From Priapulus caudatus (taxonomy: Eukaryota): a DNA stretch of 51,455 nucleotides. The stretch spans positions 259,288 to 310,742 of the forward strand of contig NW_014577067.1 in the NCBI RefSeq assembly GCF_000485595.1, in the 5' to 3' direction. A program made the translations under genes and the position numbers. The notes under the pieces were generated by a model. That model was not told the DNA's origin, ran no database searches, and worked only from the letters and a program-made list of their open reading frames with translations. This document shows, piece by piece, positions 13,350-28,337 of this stretch (positions are counted from its first letter, which is position 1; each line of letters starts with the position of its first letter).

Positions 13350-16202
13350 GGGCTAGTCTTCGGCTCTGTGGTTTGCACTTGTCAGATGGGGTTCAGCGAG
13401 TCACACGAGCAGGTGAAATTCGCGCCGACTACGTTGCTAGCACGCCCCGATGTCATGCAGAACAGATGCTTTTCGTTTTCTCACGCCGGGGTTAGTGCAC
13501 TTCCTGATCGTAAACCCAGGAGCGACTCTGTTACTCTCGAGGTGAAGCAGGATGAAATTACGCGTAGAGAGTACGAGATTACCGTCACATGTGAGATTAG
13601 TTTGACGTGTTCGTAGATGGAATCAAATACGAATAAGTAATGTATATTACTTAAATGTATATAAGTCTACCTACGATTATTTCGCGGGATAACAAGAAGC
13701 TCGCATTAGAGTCAGACAGCTAGAATGCGTTCTTTGTAGAGGTAGATAGTTGGTTATTCACTCGTTACATATTATAGATCTCGAGGATATGCGGCACCAG
13801 TACGTCGTAAGATGTTTTAGTAATTTATGCTGACGGTGTTTCACCTGGGAGCTGGCATGCGCCTTATGATGAGAATGCAAATGTATGCGTGTTAGTGGAA
13901 TTGCCGCTTCACGTGCCAGCTGCAGCGTTACTGGCAATTATTGGTCGAAACATGAGCGAATTTAAACCGCATGACGTTGTATTGGTAATGAAATTAACTA
14001 GTGACTAATTGACTAATTGTTTATATAGTTAATATTATTAACTATATAAACAATATTATAATCATTAGCGTAAACGCAGTAGCACAGCAGTACGTGTCTG
14101 TGCGAGCGGATGTCCACCAGGTGACATTCATAGGTTCATTAACAACAAAATCATTTTACTCGCATCAGCAGCATTTACACGTGATGGCCTAATTGGGAGT
14201 AGCTATTGGGCGCAGCTGGCCCCACTGCAATAGTACAGCACAAGTGCTTTGACATGGCCTGTCCGTATCTTCTCACTACATTGTCTGCCTGTCGCGAAGA
14301 AAGAGTTCATCGCTCAAAATAATGCTGGTGACAATACGCTGGCCGGAAACGATGGGCCTAAATTGGCGTAATTAACTTACGGAACACCTGCCGAGAGTAA
14401 TCCCGTCTCTGGTTTCGAAATCAATAATGTTATTCCCTTGTCGGCGGGATATGTTTCGAGTGGTATTGCAATTACACTCAGAAAGTAGCCTGTGTTCTAT
14501 TGTTAATTTTTTTCCACTATCGGTGTGTACTTATGTTTACGTGAATTAAATTCTGTACACTATCACCGATATCATTGAGTCTTACCATTCGAAAACTGTT
14601 TATGGTCGACACATGACTGAAATTTTTTTCAGATATCTAATAGGCTTGTATTAAAAAGCGATTTCAGGTTTCCTGATTTAGTAATTGACTTTAGTATGTC
14701 TTAGCTAATTTATCAGACCTATCTGCAGATATTGTGGCCGCGAACTTTGCTATTCTGTACGTGTAACACGCAGGGACGTAAATGCTTATGTGTGGACGAA
14801 CAAAACCTGTCGCTTATTATAATGATCTAATGCGCGAAAAAGAAGCTTTCGGCGCAACGATTTCGTCTAATAACTTATTGTTTTCACCATTTCGAAAATA
14901 AGATCAAAGGAACTTTCGCGCGCGCGTGATGATACTAGAAACATTCTCATCAGTGTACGCGCAGGTACGTTACCTTTCTCATTCAACTGACAGAAGATTT
15001 AAAGATCTTAGCTCATGTAAGCAACAATGCACGACTCAACCCTCGACGACTGCTTAAATACACAACAGGTGTGGGAAATGGCAACGCCTAGCAGCAATAT
15101 CTGTCCACTTTGCTGCACATGTGAGAAGATTTATATTAACACGTTTGAATCCCCTTAGGATTCGTATGCATAAGTAATGATATTCAGAACATTCAGTTGG
15201 GGTGCGTGCGCGCGTGCGTGCGTGCGTGCGTGCGTGCGTGCATGCGTGCGTGTATAACATTGAGATGCGGGAATATCCATCCAGGTGCAGATGTTCTGCA
15301 AGTCATTGTGTATTTGCAGATCTTTGCAGTATTGAAAATCTGTAGGATTAGCGGAAACTTGTTGGAAGTCGATAGAATGGAACTTTGGCCGCAAATATGA
15401 ATGAAACTATAGCTTCCTATCACCAACTACTGGAAAACATGAGATGCATAAGTGTTATAATATCACAGAACCGTATATATATATATATATATATATATAT
15501 CCTGCCAGTTACACGATCACACCGGCACGTAGCCATATAGTCACAAACCTATATAGTCACGTAGTCCGAAAATGACGCAGTCACGAATCACGCAATCGCA
15601 CAGTCACGTGACCACGTGTTCGCATAGTCATCTAGCAATCCAGTCATATACGCAGTCATATATAGTCATCAACACAGCCCACAAAATCACACTGACACGC
15701 GGTCACACAGATACGCAGTTACATAAAACGCCACGTGCACACTCGCATCAACTCGCCTCAACAATGACGCGTTTATAAACGTTAGGACAGCGATGATATT
15801 TAATGACTTTTTAACTTCAAGCCAGTCGATAAGAGTGCAGATCATCACGTGAGAAGGTGAACTTTATGGCTGTGAACTACATAAATCGTCGTCGTAACAG
15901 ACCGGTGAGAGACACCTCAACGGCCGCTATTGGTCTCGTACATAACCATCGTTATCTAGAGGCCCTGAAAGCCGCGTACCTCGGTATTTAGGTAACACAA
16001 CCTAGCTGCCCGCCTATGGCGACGACTGCCGAGGGGAGTTCGTAAACCAGTTTCGCCAGCTTTTTTGGAGACGCGGGCACCGTCTGAGCCGGGGTCCGCG
16101 TACGTGCGCGCGACACAAAGCAAGATTTGGGCGAAGCTGTCAGCGTTATTAAAATGCAAATTTTGTTCCGATAATATTTCGCTCTTCGGGGTTAGTTAAG
16201 CG

Positions 16203-16359
<157 letters not shown>

Positions 16360-17603
16360 CGTGGGTTCACTGAAGCATCGTGTTCGCTTCTACTGTTCCA
16401 CATGTTATCGCTGAACTCTGGCCAGGTGGTTCTGACGGTACCTACTGACAGTGGCTCTACAGGGTGCGATCCATTTTATCTTACACGAGCTGTGATCGAA
16501 ATTGCTTTGCCTGGACATCATTTGTTCCTGATACTCGAAACCTAAGTAAAATTAAATGTCCTGAGTGTGCATGCCTGGTGGTATTGGAAAATATAATATA
16601 AGGTTTAATGTTTTGTAGGAACTTAATAATGCCGGCACCACAATTCTGATTTCACACACTAATTCGCTATTTTTTGGCAAATTTCAAGAGTTCTGCAGAA
16701 ACTTGAAGTAGAGTGAAAAATGCAGAAAGGGTAGCTCTCCAAAAAAATCAGAAAGCTCGAGTCCCCCCCCCCCGTAGCCGTAATTTTTTGTGGCGCTTGA
16801 GACCGATTGTGTTTTTATTGCCTCACTAAGTCCTGCAATGTCTAACAAAGAATTAATCAATATTACCCTCATTTGTGAGAATAATCGTTTCATTTTTCTG
16901 TGGATTTTTTGCCTTGTACATTTACGTGCTACCTTGGTGAATCGATGTTGGCTGGTTTCGTTTGCTTTAGTCGATAGCTCGGTCTGAATCTCTTCGTTTA
17001 CTATATACAGAAAGGATTGTTGCTGTCAGTTTCTCAAAGTTTGGTCAATTGCCCATATGTTTACACAGGTGTACCCTAAGTCCAGCGTAACATACTATGT
17101 GCATAGAAGTGCCGTTACATAATGGTCAGTAACCCACACAGCGTGTCTCGGCTTAATGACCACCGTGCTGCTAGCTGCGGAACTTCCCAGCAACCTTCCT
17201 GTTGCTGCAGCTGCCTTCCCTAACTCCCCTTCTAATAAAATTGATAGCTTAAGGAAATTTCTAGCAAGAAAGAGTGTTGTTTTATGTAAATATGGTACTG
17301 TTCGACTGTAAATGTGTTCGTATGTAAATGTAGCGTGAGCATCTAATAAACCCCGTTCCCTTCCGATAGATAAACTACCAGAGAGCAACGAAGCGAAAGA
17401 TGGGTTTAAATTGAATATCAGTTTCTAGAGTATAAATGTAATCACAGTTGTTAATTTCTTATATGACGTTGCAAATTATTGTTTCGTCTGAGATTACATA
17501 TGAATTGTGTTTTACAAGCTTTTAAAATATTGTTCCGTTTTACCAAATATGATGTTCAAAGCCTCGAAAGCCCATACCTCCCGGTTACCTATTTATTAGT
17601 CAA

Positions 17604-17971
17604 CTAGCGGGATACCCGGCGTTGCTCGGGGAAATCAGTGGGGTTACTCAGTTGGTGATCGACCGCTTGGTTGAAAGGAAAATACCCAAAAAATCGAACT
17701 ATCTATCTATCTATCTATCTAGCGATTAGGCCACTGCGCCGTTAAGGGTATACCCATGGATTCACACGTACGTGATGTTAATCTGTACGCACCGCCATCT
17801 ATTGATGAATAGAATTTTTATGAATTTTTAACTTTTTAACTTTTTTAAATTTTGGATGTGGCTTCCAGACGTGCTGATTCTGAAAATATCTTTAGTTTTC
17901 CTGTAGGCTGCGGAGTTCTCTAGTTATGCGAGTAAGAACTAATTCGGCTGAACAACTTTATATATAGAAGA
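17604..17971 (-). mobile_element. Short non-autonomous Helitron-like element
   Basis: On the - strand it begins TCTTCTATATATAAAG and ends with GC hairpin CCCGAGCAACGCCGGG, a 7-nt spacer, then CTAG followed by T. Internal (CTAT)n tract. Confidence 0.65.
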
Positions 17972-18357
17972 CTACATGTTATTAGTTCATCTCTATCGCT
18001 GCAGAAACCGTGATCGAATAAGAAAGTCGTTGTTCGTGTAAAATCGGAGCATATGTTTCATGAGCGGCTAGCTGCCACGTATAGATGGCGGCCTGGCCAA
18101 TAAGGTATGGTGGAGATAACAGGCTGTATTGTTGTTTGCTGCTACACATAGTGCTGGTTGCGAACTATTGTACCAAAAGAAATCATTGTGCTCTGACTCA
18201 GCAAGCGAGAATGCGGATTGTTGGTGGCTTTTATTCGGCATTTCAATACTGTGTATGAATAGCGTTAGCATAAAATCACAATAAGGCGGCCTCACGCGGG
18301 GAATACACGATTAGTCGAAATTTTTCATCGGCCATTGCTAGTTCACTTAGGCACGAA

Positions 18358-18640
18358 GGGTCGTTGTCGTAACAGGTACTACAGATATGTACCCGAGGTA
18401 GTTTTAGGTTGTTTAGTATTATGTTTATATTTTTATATAATTAGGAGGTAGTTTTAGGTTGTTTAGTATTATGTTTATATTTTTATATGAGGTATGTTTT
18501 GGGTTAGGGTTAGAGTTAGGGTTAGGGTTAGTGTTAGGGTTAGGGTACACTTCTGTAGTGCAAGTCTGGTACACTTTGTGTATATATATATATATGTACC
18601 TCTGGTACATATCTGTAGTACCTGTTACGACAACGACCCC
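18358..18640. mobile_element. MITE with ~43-bp TIRs and internal (TTAGGG)-like tract
   Basis: gggtcgttgtcgtaacaggtactacagatatgtacc at left, its reverse complement at right; internal ~45-bp tandem duplication and gggtta repeats. Confidence 0.85.
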
Positions 18641-19507
18641 TTGAGCTTCACTTAGTTGTTAGATCTTCTGCTTTCTTGTTGTCATCCTACAGTGTGCCTT
18701 GCTTTAGTTGTGGCATACTGTGGTATCGAATTATCTTCGTACAGTGTTAGTATGTCGGGCTGTCTGTCTTACAGTGACTGAATATAGTTAGTCAGTTATT
18801 TTGGAAATCGTTTGTTCGCGTGCGTGTGCGCGTACGTGTGCTCCTGCGTGCGTGCGAATGTCCGTGCGTACGTGTGCTCCTGCGTGCGTGCGAAGGTCCG
18901 TGCGTACGTGCATGCGTGCATGTTTAGTTATTTACGTTCATGTGCGAGCGCGTGTGCTCGTTTTAATATATTTTTTAGCCAAATGTTTGCGCTAAAAGTT
19001 GCGTAATTGAGTGTGTATATTACTGATTGCGTTTGTGCATTCCGTAACGTTATGCTGTTAAATAATTCCGTAAATTAACTATCGTGAAAAGGAAGGCGCC
19101 CTGCCCGACACCGGTTACTCAATTTCTCCTGCATATAGGCGGAAACTGTATTATATAAAGGAAGGTAAAGAGCTAAAGTGTGAAACTGCCTCACACCAGG
19201 ATGGAAGTAATAAAACCCGCCATCATAAACCTTCGAATAAAGCTGACCCACTGGCACTCTGATTGCCAGCACTGATGGGAATGACATCACAGCCCCACGC
19301 CAATTCTCCACCATACTGAACACTCGGTCGTTTCACACGCCGGGGCGTACGCGGCCGTCGCAAGTCATTGTCGTTCTCTGTAAAGCGTGGCCGTGTAACG
19401 TGGCCGATGCTACAAAGCCAATCACTCAGCGGCTCCCGTGAAGGATAAAGGCACCGTAGTTGTTGGTGGCGTGGTAAACGGGATAGGGTTGAACAGCGCC
19501 GGCGAGT

Positions 19508-19705
19508 AGAGAGAGAGGAAAAAAGAGAGGGAGAGAGAGAGAGAGGGCGAGAGAGAGAGAGAGAGTGAGAGAGAAGGGGTGAAACAGAGGGAGATAGAGA
19601 TAGAGAGAGAGCGAGAGAGGGGGAGAGAAGGGGGAGAACAAGGGAGAGACAGAGACAGAGGGAGAGAGAGGGGAGGAGAGCGAACGAGAGGGGAGGAGGA
19701 GAGAC
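19508..19705. repeat. (GA)n-rich tract
   Basis: Direct. Confidence 0.9.
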
Positions 19706-22019
19706 GCTGCATACGCGTGTTAATAAGCGTGGAATGCCCCTCCCCCTCTCCCCCCACGGTGCCGGCCGAGACACGGACAGATGTGTCGAAGGCTGGTCCG
19801 TGAACGACACCTGCACGTGTTATAGTGTGAAACAATAGACGCGTGTGTAACGCGTGCGGTGATGCGTTAGTGGTCGCTGCGAGTGTTAGGTGCTGGTACC
19901 ATTCACGGCGCTGGCTAGTCGTTAATGAATTAATGCGGTGATTATTCGGTGTGCTCAGCTGGATGAAGATTCTGTCAATCTTCACGTAATGTGTGAAGTC
20001 TAGGACTGCAGTATCATTGGGCTTACATGCCTGTATAAGTCATTTTTGTCACATTAATTAGAAAAATTATGGAGTTTGTAATATCAAGCAGATATTTTAT
20101 ATCATGTATTCCTGGTAGAATATGCACACGGTTATCATCGACTTTATATAAGACAAATCTCATCATGGGTAGTTGGGTACCGTATGGATGAATGCTATTA
20201 TTGTGTACGTATGTCCTAATTGATATTTATTCAATTCCCAGTTTGCTTTTGTGGGAATATTTCTATGAAAACCTCCGTTATAGTTATTTCTAAAAAGAAC
20301 AGAGCCAACAGTGCACGCTAGTACACAGACTTACAAGAAAAACACACACGAAGAAATGATGACACTCAAGAGTAAACAACTTTCAGAGTAAATATTTTCC
20401 GAATGGAGAGATAGTGGCCGCATGCATGCACGCTTGCATGTTTTTACTCGGTGAAAAGAGACGCTTTGAGTAACCAATGTTATCTGTGAGGTAATTGTTA
20501 CCTTCTCTGTTGTCTTACTTGTGCCTTACATCTACTACCCGACGTGGGATTTGTATTAGGCCGTGCGTATAGTTGACTCTCTAGTGGACTACTGTAAGGA
20601 CGGTAAGCATCGACTCTGGGTCAGCGATTTGCTCCCCTGAGATAATTTTCCAGACAAGCCTTCTCGTGGGCTTTGTTTGCACCAGATCCGCTGTCCTCCT
20701 TCCCCGCGACACTGATGGACTGATAAGCTCGAGAATCAGCGCAGAGACCCGTGTAATCTATGTGTGTGCGCCTGTGTGCGACTGCGCGAGAAATTCTGAG
20801 AGAAGAACAGTCTACAACTGAGCGTGGAGTTATATTTGCATTGTTCGATGCCGCGAGTTGCCGTGCAAGTTTTTTCTCACCTGTGCGCGTACGTATGAAA
20901 AAATGGGGTTTGGTGCGTATTTGTCTACTGTCGGCCGAGCGGTGCGTGTCTTGGCGGTTTCAAGTTACACAGACGCGTTGATAGAAAAACACGAGTGCGG
21001 TTAAAGTAGAGGTGGCGATCCACGGCCGTTTTTTTCTCTATCGCGCCGCAAAAAGATCAGCGAATGGTATTATAAACCAGTTTGCTTGTATTCGCATGCA
21101 TTTGACAGATTTCTACAAATTGCTAACGTAAACGACGGCAGCCGCGTCCAGGCATTTAATTCTCTCACGCCGGTCGCGTGAACGTACGCCGATGGGGGTG
21201 GAGGGGATGGGGTGCGCAGCTAGTAAAAAATAGGCGCGGAAGACACGTTCTGTTGCTGCTTTCTCTTCGCAGGAATAATTTTCGATACGAAACAACATCG
21301 AAAGTGTCTTTTCCACGTGTAATGTGTAAGCGTTATAAAGGCGCGAAAATACTTAAAGACGCGCATTTTTCAGCTGTAATCCATGAAAGCTACTGTTAAG
21401 AGAAATCACACGGCAGCGATTCGGCAATTTATGAAAGTGAAGGGGATCGAGCTTCGTCTTTGTGCACGCTACCCAAATAGCCCCGGGCCGTAGAGTATAA
21501 GAGCCTGCAGTAAAGACGCGTCACGCCTGGAGACTGATAGCAACTGACACGTGAACCTTCTTTACCTGTGTTGCCAGCAACTTCACTATATAGGGTCGAA
21601 GATGTATTTTCTTGCTGTATCTGACGCTACGGTCTCTGTTCTTGGCTCTATCCTTTAAACGTCTAAACTTACAAATCGTTGACAACGATTAATAAATCGT
21701 TTTATATTATAAATCTAAATATATCATAATGTCAATTCGTTTAATCATTCGCATTCGCAACCTAACAAGGCGTCTGATCTGTGCGACCGCGCGAGGGACG
21801 TACGTGAGAGAGCCTGTTAAACAAAAATGACCCGATTAAGAAATCATTGACAACGATTAATAAATCGTTTTCTATTATAAATCTTCATATATTCTAATAA
21901 CCCACATATTGAAACAACATGGCGTAGCAAAGTGGAGCTGTGCCCCGTAGAGGCCGTCTAGTCCTCTTCTTCACACATGTCTCTATATTGTACATCAATT
22001 CGTTTCACACACATATTTG

Positions 22020-22058
22020 CAGGAGCGTATAATGACATTATGTCATTATACGCTCCTG
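22020..22058. mobile_element. 39-bp palindrome (19-bp arms) flanked by 7-bp duplication ATATTTG
   Basis: atatttg-caggagcgtataatgacat-t-atgtcattatacgctcctg-atatttg. Confidence 0.75.
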
Positions 22059-22229
22059 ATATTTGTAATGTAAATAACGACGTCACATAAAAATCAATTT
22101 TATCTCAGTTAGATCCATAATAATGAGTTATTATGGATCTAACTGTGATAAACTTATTTTTATGTGAACTCTAGAGGTCCTATGAAATTATTCAATCAAT
22201 AACGACGTCGTCTGCTTTGTTTGTTACAG

Positions 22230-22434
22230 GACGAGCACTACATCTTCAGCGTGCAGGCGCGCGACGCCGGTCGTCCGCGTCTGTCGTCGGCCTGCACCGT
22301 CTACATCAACGTCGGCGACCTGAACGACAACGCGCCCGTCTTCACGCGACAGTCGTACAGCACGGACGACGTGCGCGAGGACGTAGCTACCGGCTCCAGC
22401 ATCATCACCGTCACCGCCACCGACGCCGACTCCG
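22230..22434 (+). CDS. FAT4: Fat exon, cadherin (DEHYIFSVQARDAG...DLNDNAPVF...DADS)
   Basis: ttacag| acceptor, G|gtacgt donor, phase 0 to 1. Confidence 0.92.
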
Positions 22435-22479
22435 GTACGTCTGCTGCTCCCCGCGCGCCCGCGTCTGTCTGCGTGTCTG

Positions 22480-22606
22480 TCTGGCTGGATGGCTGGCTGG
22501 CTAGCTGTGTCTGGTTGGCTGGCTGTTTGTCTGCCTGTCTGTCTGTCTCTCCGTCCGTCCGTCCGTCCGTCTGTCCGTCCGTTCGTCCGTCCGTTCGTCC
22601 GTCCGC

Positions 22607-22649
<43 letters not shown>

Positions 22650-22700
22650 CCTGTCTATCTGACTGGCTGGCTGGCTGTCTGACTATCTATCTTTCTGTCT
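22480..22700. repeat. (GGCT)n/(CCGT)n tetranucleotide microsatellites
   Basis: Direct. Confidence 0.9.
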
Positions 22701-23359
22701 CAATTTAACGTCCGTCAATCTTTCCATCCAACCGTTCTATCCATCCACCCGCCCACCTGTCCGTCCGCCCGTCCATGCATACACGTATGCATGCCTCTAT
22801 CCACCAATCGTCTATATAGCATCCGTCGATCCATACATCTATCTGTGATGGCGGTGTGCATGGTTGCTGTGATGGTTAGATGGAAACATTCGGGAGTTTA
22901 ATCATCAGCAGCCGTCAATTACGATAGGTGTTGGACGTTGATGTGCCCCCGTTGCATTTGTCAGAGATAATATCAATGCATTGAATCTAATTGCATCTGA
23001 CTACTATGATCAGCTTGTCAATCTTCGTCAGTAAATCGCAACTGGCTTTTAGCATTTTCGGGCTAGGGATTTCGATGTGATCGAGTGCGCAAATCAAAGT
23101 CTAGTTGGCCCTCCATGATATTCCGATATTCACATACAATAGACATATTCTCACACGATTGCCTCTCACCTGGTGCACAAATCAAAGTTTAATCGCCCCC
23201 CCCCCCTATAATATTCTGATATTCACATACTTACATGTCACCCATTCACATACAAGTCAATACACATCTTCTCACACGATCCCCTCTCACCAAAAGTCCC
23301 ACAAATCACAAAGTCTAATCAGCAGCGTCTGCCCCCCCCCCCCTTCTCTGTCGCCGCAG

Positions 23360-23785
23360 GTGAGAATGCCGAGCTGACCTACAGCATCGTCGACGGCGAC
23401 CCGAAGCGGCAGTTCGGCATCCACGCCAACGGCACCGTCTACAACGCGGCAGCGCTCGACCGCGAGACCGACTCCTACTACAACCTCGTCGTGCGCGCCA
23501 CCGACCGCGCGTCGCCACCGTCGGCGCGTCTCTCGGCGACGGCGTCCGTCACCGTCATCCTGCGCGACGTCAACGACATGGCGCCGGCGTTCCGCACGCC
23601 CGACTACGCGTCGGTGCGCGAGGGGGCGCCGCTCGGCACCGTCGTCATGGTCGTCGAGGCGGAGGACGCAGACGAGGGCAAGAACAGCTACGTCGAGTAC
23701 AGCCTCGCGAGCGCGCCGGGAGGCGAGTTCTCTCTCGGGCCTGTCGACGGCGTGCTGAGAGTCACGGGAAAGCTGGACAGGGAAG
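23360..23785 (+). CDS. FAT4: Fat exon, cadherin (GENAELTYSIVDG...DVNDMAPAF...LDRE)
   Basis: ccgcag| acceptor, G|gtgggt donor, phase 1 to 1. Confidence 0.9.
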
Positions 23786-24188
23786 GTGGGTACGGTGGAT
23801 GAATCGTCGTCGCGTAGGTCGGGTCAGCGAGTGTCGCGACGTTACCGAGAAGATATTCTTGTACTGGCTGCCTAGTTACTTAGTTTCCTAGCTACAATGT
23901 TGGAGAGACCTACGTCTGACTGACAGAAAAAAATTGCGAATCTGCGACGTGGTATCAAAAACATTTATCGCTAACGCACTGGAGGCTTTCCCAGAGAAAC
24001 CATATGCCATAGTGCCGCCCTATGCCTCTCATGCAGGGATGCATATCTCTTCTAAGTCACCATACATTCTAGTGTTGCTCAAGTTTGCCGCAGATATGGA
24101 GGCTATGGTCACATAAATATATATTATATGTTATGGTAACTACCGTTTCGTTTAATCATTACTGACTATACCTCGCCGTCCTTTCTAG

Positions 24189-24411
24189 CCACAGAGAATT
24201 ACACTCTCGTCGTCACGGCGACCGACAAGGGCCAGCCTCCGCACTCGACCGTGCAGCGCATCTCCGTCAAGATCCTCGACGACAACGACAACAGTCCTGT
24301 GTTCGCTCGCTCGGAGTATCGCGCCGTGCTGCCAGAGGACACCAGCGTCGGCACCATCCTCCTGCAGCTGAATGCGACCGATCGCGACGCGGGAAACAAC
24401 GGAGCAGTCAG
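24189..24411 (+). CDS. FAT4: Fat exon, cadherin (ATENYTLVVTATDKG...DDNDNSPVF...GAV)
   Basis: ttctag| acceptor restores LDREATENYTL; AG|gtgcgt donor, phase 1 to 2. Confidence 0.88.
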
Positions 24412-24668
24412 GTGCGTGTGCACGGTAATCACTCTAGTGGTGCCACAGAATAATAATATCACACCCCTCTCAGGAAACTATGGTTAGATCAAGTTCAAAC
24501 TGTAACTCGTGCAGGGTTCGAGTTACGAAATTTTAATTAATAAAAATATTTAATATATATTTCAATGATGATTTAATAATTAAAATATTGATTATATAGT
24601 ATCTAAATAATAAATAAAAATAGTAACATGGGGGAAAAAAATTAAAACTCGACCACCCTGCCCCACAG

Positions 24669-25117
24669 GTACTACATTGTGGACGGCGACGACGCCCTCG
24701 ATTTCGCACTCGACCCGCGTTCAGGCATCCTGACCGTGCGAAACCCGCTCGACCACGAGGGCGTGCCGGCGTACCGACTCACCGTGCACGCCGAGGACCT
24801 GGGCGTGGAGCCGCGCCGCGACGTCGCCGTCGTCGTCGTCACGGTGACCGACGTCAACGACTCGCCGCCCGTCTTCCTGCACTCGCCCTACGTCGTCTAC
24901 GTCCTCGAGAGCATCGCCGAGACGCCGGCCGCCGTAACCACGGTGACGGCCGACGACGCCGACTCGCCGCCGAACGCGCAGTTGACGTACTCGCTGCAGG
25001 AGAGCCACGGCGGACTGTTCCAGATCGACGTCGTCACGGGAGAGATCCAGGTGACGCGGCCGCTCGACCGGGAGACGCGGGAGGAGTACTGGTTGACGGT
25101 GCTGGCGACGGATTCCG
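24669..25117 (+). CDS. FAT4: Fat exon, cadherin (RYYIVDGD...DVNDSPPVF...LATDS)
   Basis: ccacag| acceptor, G|gtgagt donor, phase 2 to 1. Confidence 0.92.
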
Positions 25118-25810
25118 GTGAGTGTTATGTTCACACGTGTTTCCATATGCATACAATATTCTCTGTAGGTAGTAGATGCAGTAAGTATGTGTGTATGTAG
25201 TAAGTAGTAGTATGTAGTAAGTAAGTAGGTAGTAGTAATGTTCATACGTGTCCATATGTATAACAATATTATATGTAGGTAGTAGATGAGAGCGATGGGG
25301 TAGTAGAACGACGTAGAAACAACGTCCGTTAAAACAGAGGAAAGGGAAAGTCCAAATTCACTAATATTAGAACACCTATGAATTTTCTGGCGTAGGTATG
25401 TTATTTAGCATGCGTAGTATTTACTTTGGATAATATCGTAAGTTACTACCATCGAGGTTTTGATACTACTATACATTCAGTAGATTAGTGGCGTTGTGAT
25501 GTGCTAGTGGTGCAGGCGTTTCATATAAGCGGTAGTTGGGTTTTATAATGCCAATTCACGCCCTAGGTTACGTATATATAGTTTCGTCACTGTCTTGTAA
25601 AGCCCCACCCAATGTAGAATCATGTAAATCTCGGCTAGCGCAGGCTTAGATGCGTCGACGTTTTCTGCTCTCATATGTAAATTTTACCCAAAGCCCTCTG
25701 TTCAGATACATGTCCGACGATGCGTGTATGCACGCTTTCCGCGTGTGTTCGTAAAGCCTAGAGATGGGTTTAATCCTGTATGTGGGTTATGTTGTCTGGT
25801 AATATCATAT

Positions 25811-25848
25811 CAAGAGTGGATAATAGAGATCTCTATTATCCACTCTTG
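25811..25848. mobile_element. 38-bp perfect palindrome flanked by 7-bp duplication ATCATAT
   Basis: atcatat-caagagtggataatagaga-tctctattatccactcttg-atcatat. Confidence 0.75.
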
Positions 25849-26124
25849 ATCATATCAATCTAATATGTTGTTATCACGTGTATGGCGGATCGAGTAATCT
25901 AGGGTGCTGAATGAATTCGTTCTTGTATGGAGTCGTCAACCAGAGTTGAATGTTTTGTTCGTCGGTGGCAAATTAAATACACAAAGTTTGCCCACCTGGG
26001 TATCCGCTCGACCTATAAACTGATGTAAAATAATTATCTGAAAGGACCATTTGAATATGATCTTTGAGACGTAATTATTTCTTATAGCGTCAGTTCAACC
26101 TGAGCGAGTTCAGTTTCCTGTCGC

Positions 26125-26300
26125 TGTACTTCAGTTGAAACCTTTATAGAACGGTCACCTGTCTATGAAAGTCACTATTAGCGTTACTCCTTGTGTTGCA
26201 GTTATACAGTGAAACAACTTCTATAGAACGGACACATGACTATAAAGGACATTATTGGCGTTTCCCTTGAGTGTCCCTTATGTACAGGCGTGGCTCTACT
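26125..26300. mobile_element. Possible degenerate Tc1/mariner-pogo-type MITE remnant
   Basis: tacagtgaaac...ataaaggaca...gtgtcccttat motifs, partly duplicated; TIRs not clean. Confidence 0.3.
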
Positions 26301-27135
26301 TGTCGGGTTCCGCGCATTGCTCTCTGGTGAGGTCTCTCGCTAGAATCTGGTTGCACAGGCATGGCGAGTGTACACAAATGTGTCTTTGTCTGTTGGCAAC
26401 AATCGAACCGTGCGGTACTCGCGCCTCTACAGCGGGCAGAAAATTAAACAACCAAGTGTGTCTTCGCACGCAACGTTTACACTATAGCAAGTTAATCGGT
26501 AGCGCTGTCGGGTATTTAAACTAGTGATCATAGCTGCTGGATCATTGTAGATGTGGTCGCTTGCGTCCTAACCGCTGGGTGCTGCAGTTATAGCTATAGC
26601 GTGGCCGAACACAGATATACGTACTTGGGCAGCTGTGGAAACAAGCGCGCTTGCAATATACACGCAATCAAGAGCACATGAATCATTTATAAAACTATCA
26701 TTTATGACCTTTTATTTATTACTATTATATATTATTATTATTTTTATATATTTATTTTTTATTATTTTGTGTGTGTTGACGTCGTACATCTGGCATCGTG
26801 CACCGCCAACGCGATGCGCACAATTAATTGCGCAATAGGTGGTTGCTTCTTGGAGCTAACTATAGCTACAGCGCGGTTGTCTGTACGCGTAGTTAAAATT
26901 ATGTTTATGGCGCCGTTAATATTCCTGGTGGCGTCCAAACATCACCGAAAAGTACTTGCACTGCGTTTGTGAACCTCGGGGCTAGTCGGCTCTCTTTGCT
27001 GCCGCGGGTGCTCGAGTTTTCTTGAGTGTTTTTTTTTTCAACATATTTCATTTCCACTGTGGGGTTCGAGGCATTTCCGGTACTCGAAGCACTCGCGAGT
27101 GCGACGCTCTCGGAGATTAACGATTGCAAAGGTGA

Positions 27136-28337
<1,202 letters not shown>

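Noticed and set aside
21672..21885. ~45-bp direct repeat pair; similar small duplications at ~35010-35160 and ~36599-36657
   Set aside because: Ordinary local duplications with no further structure.
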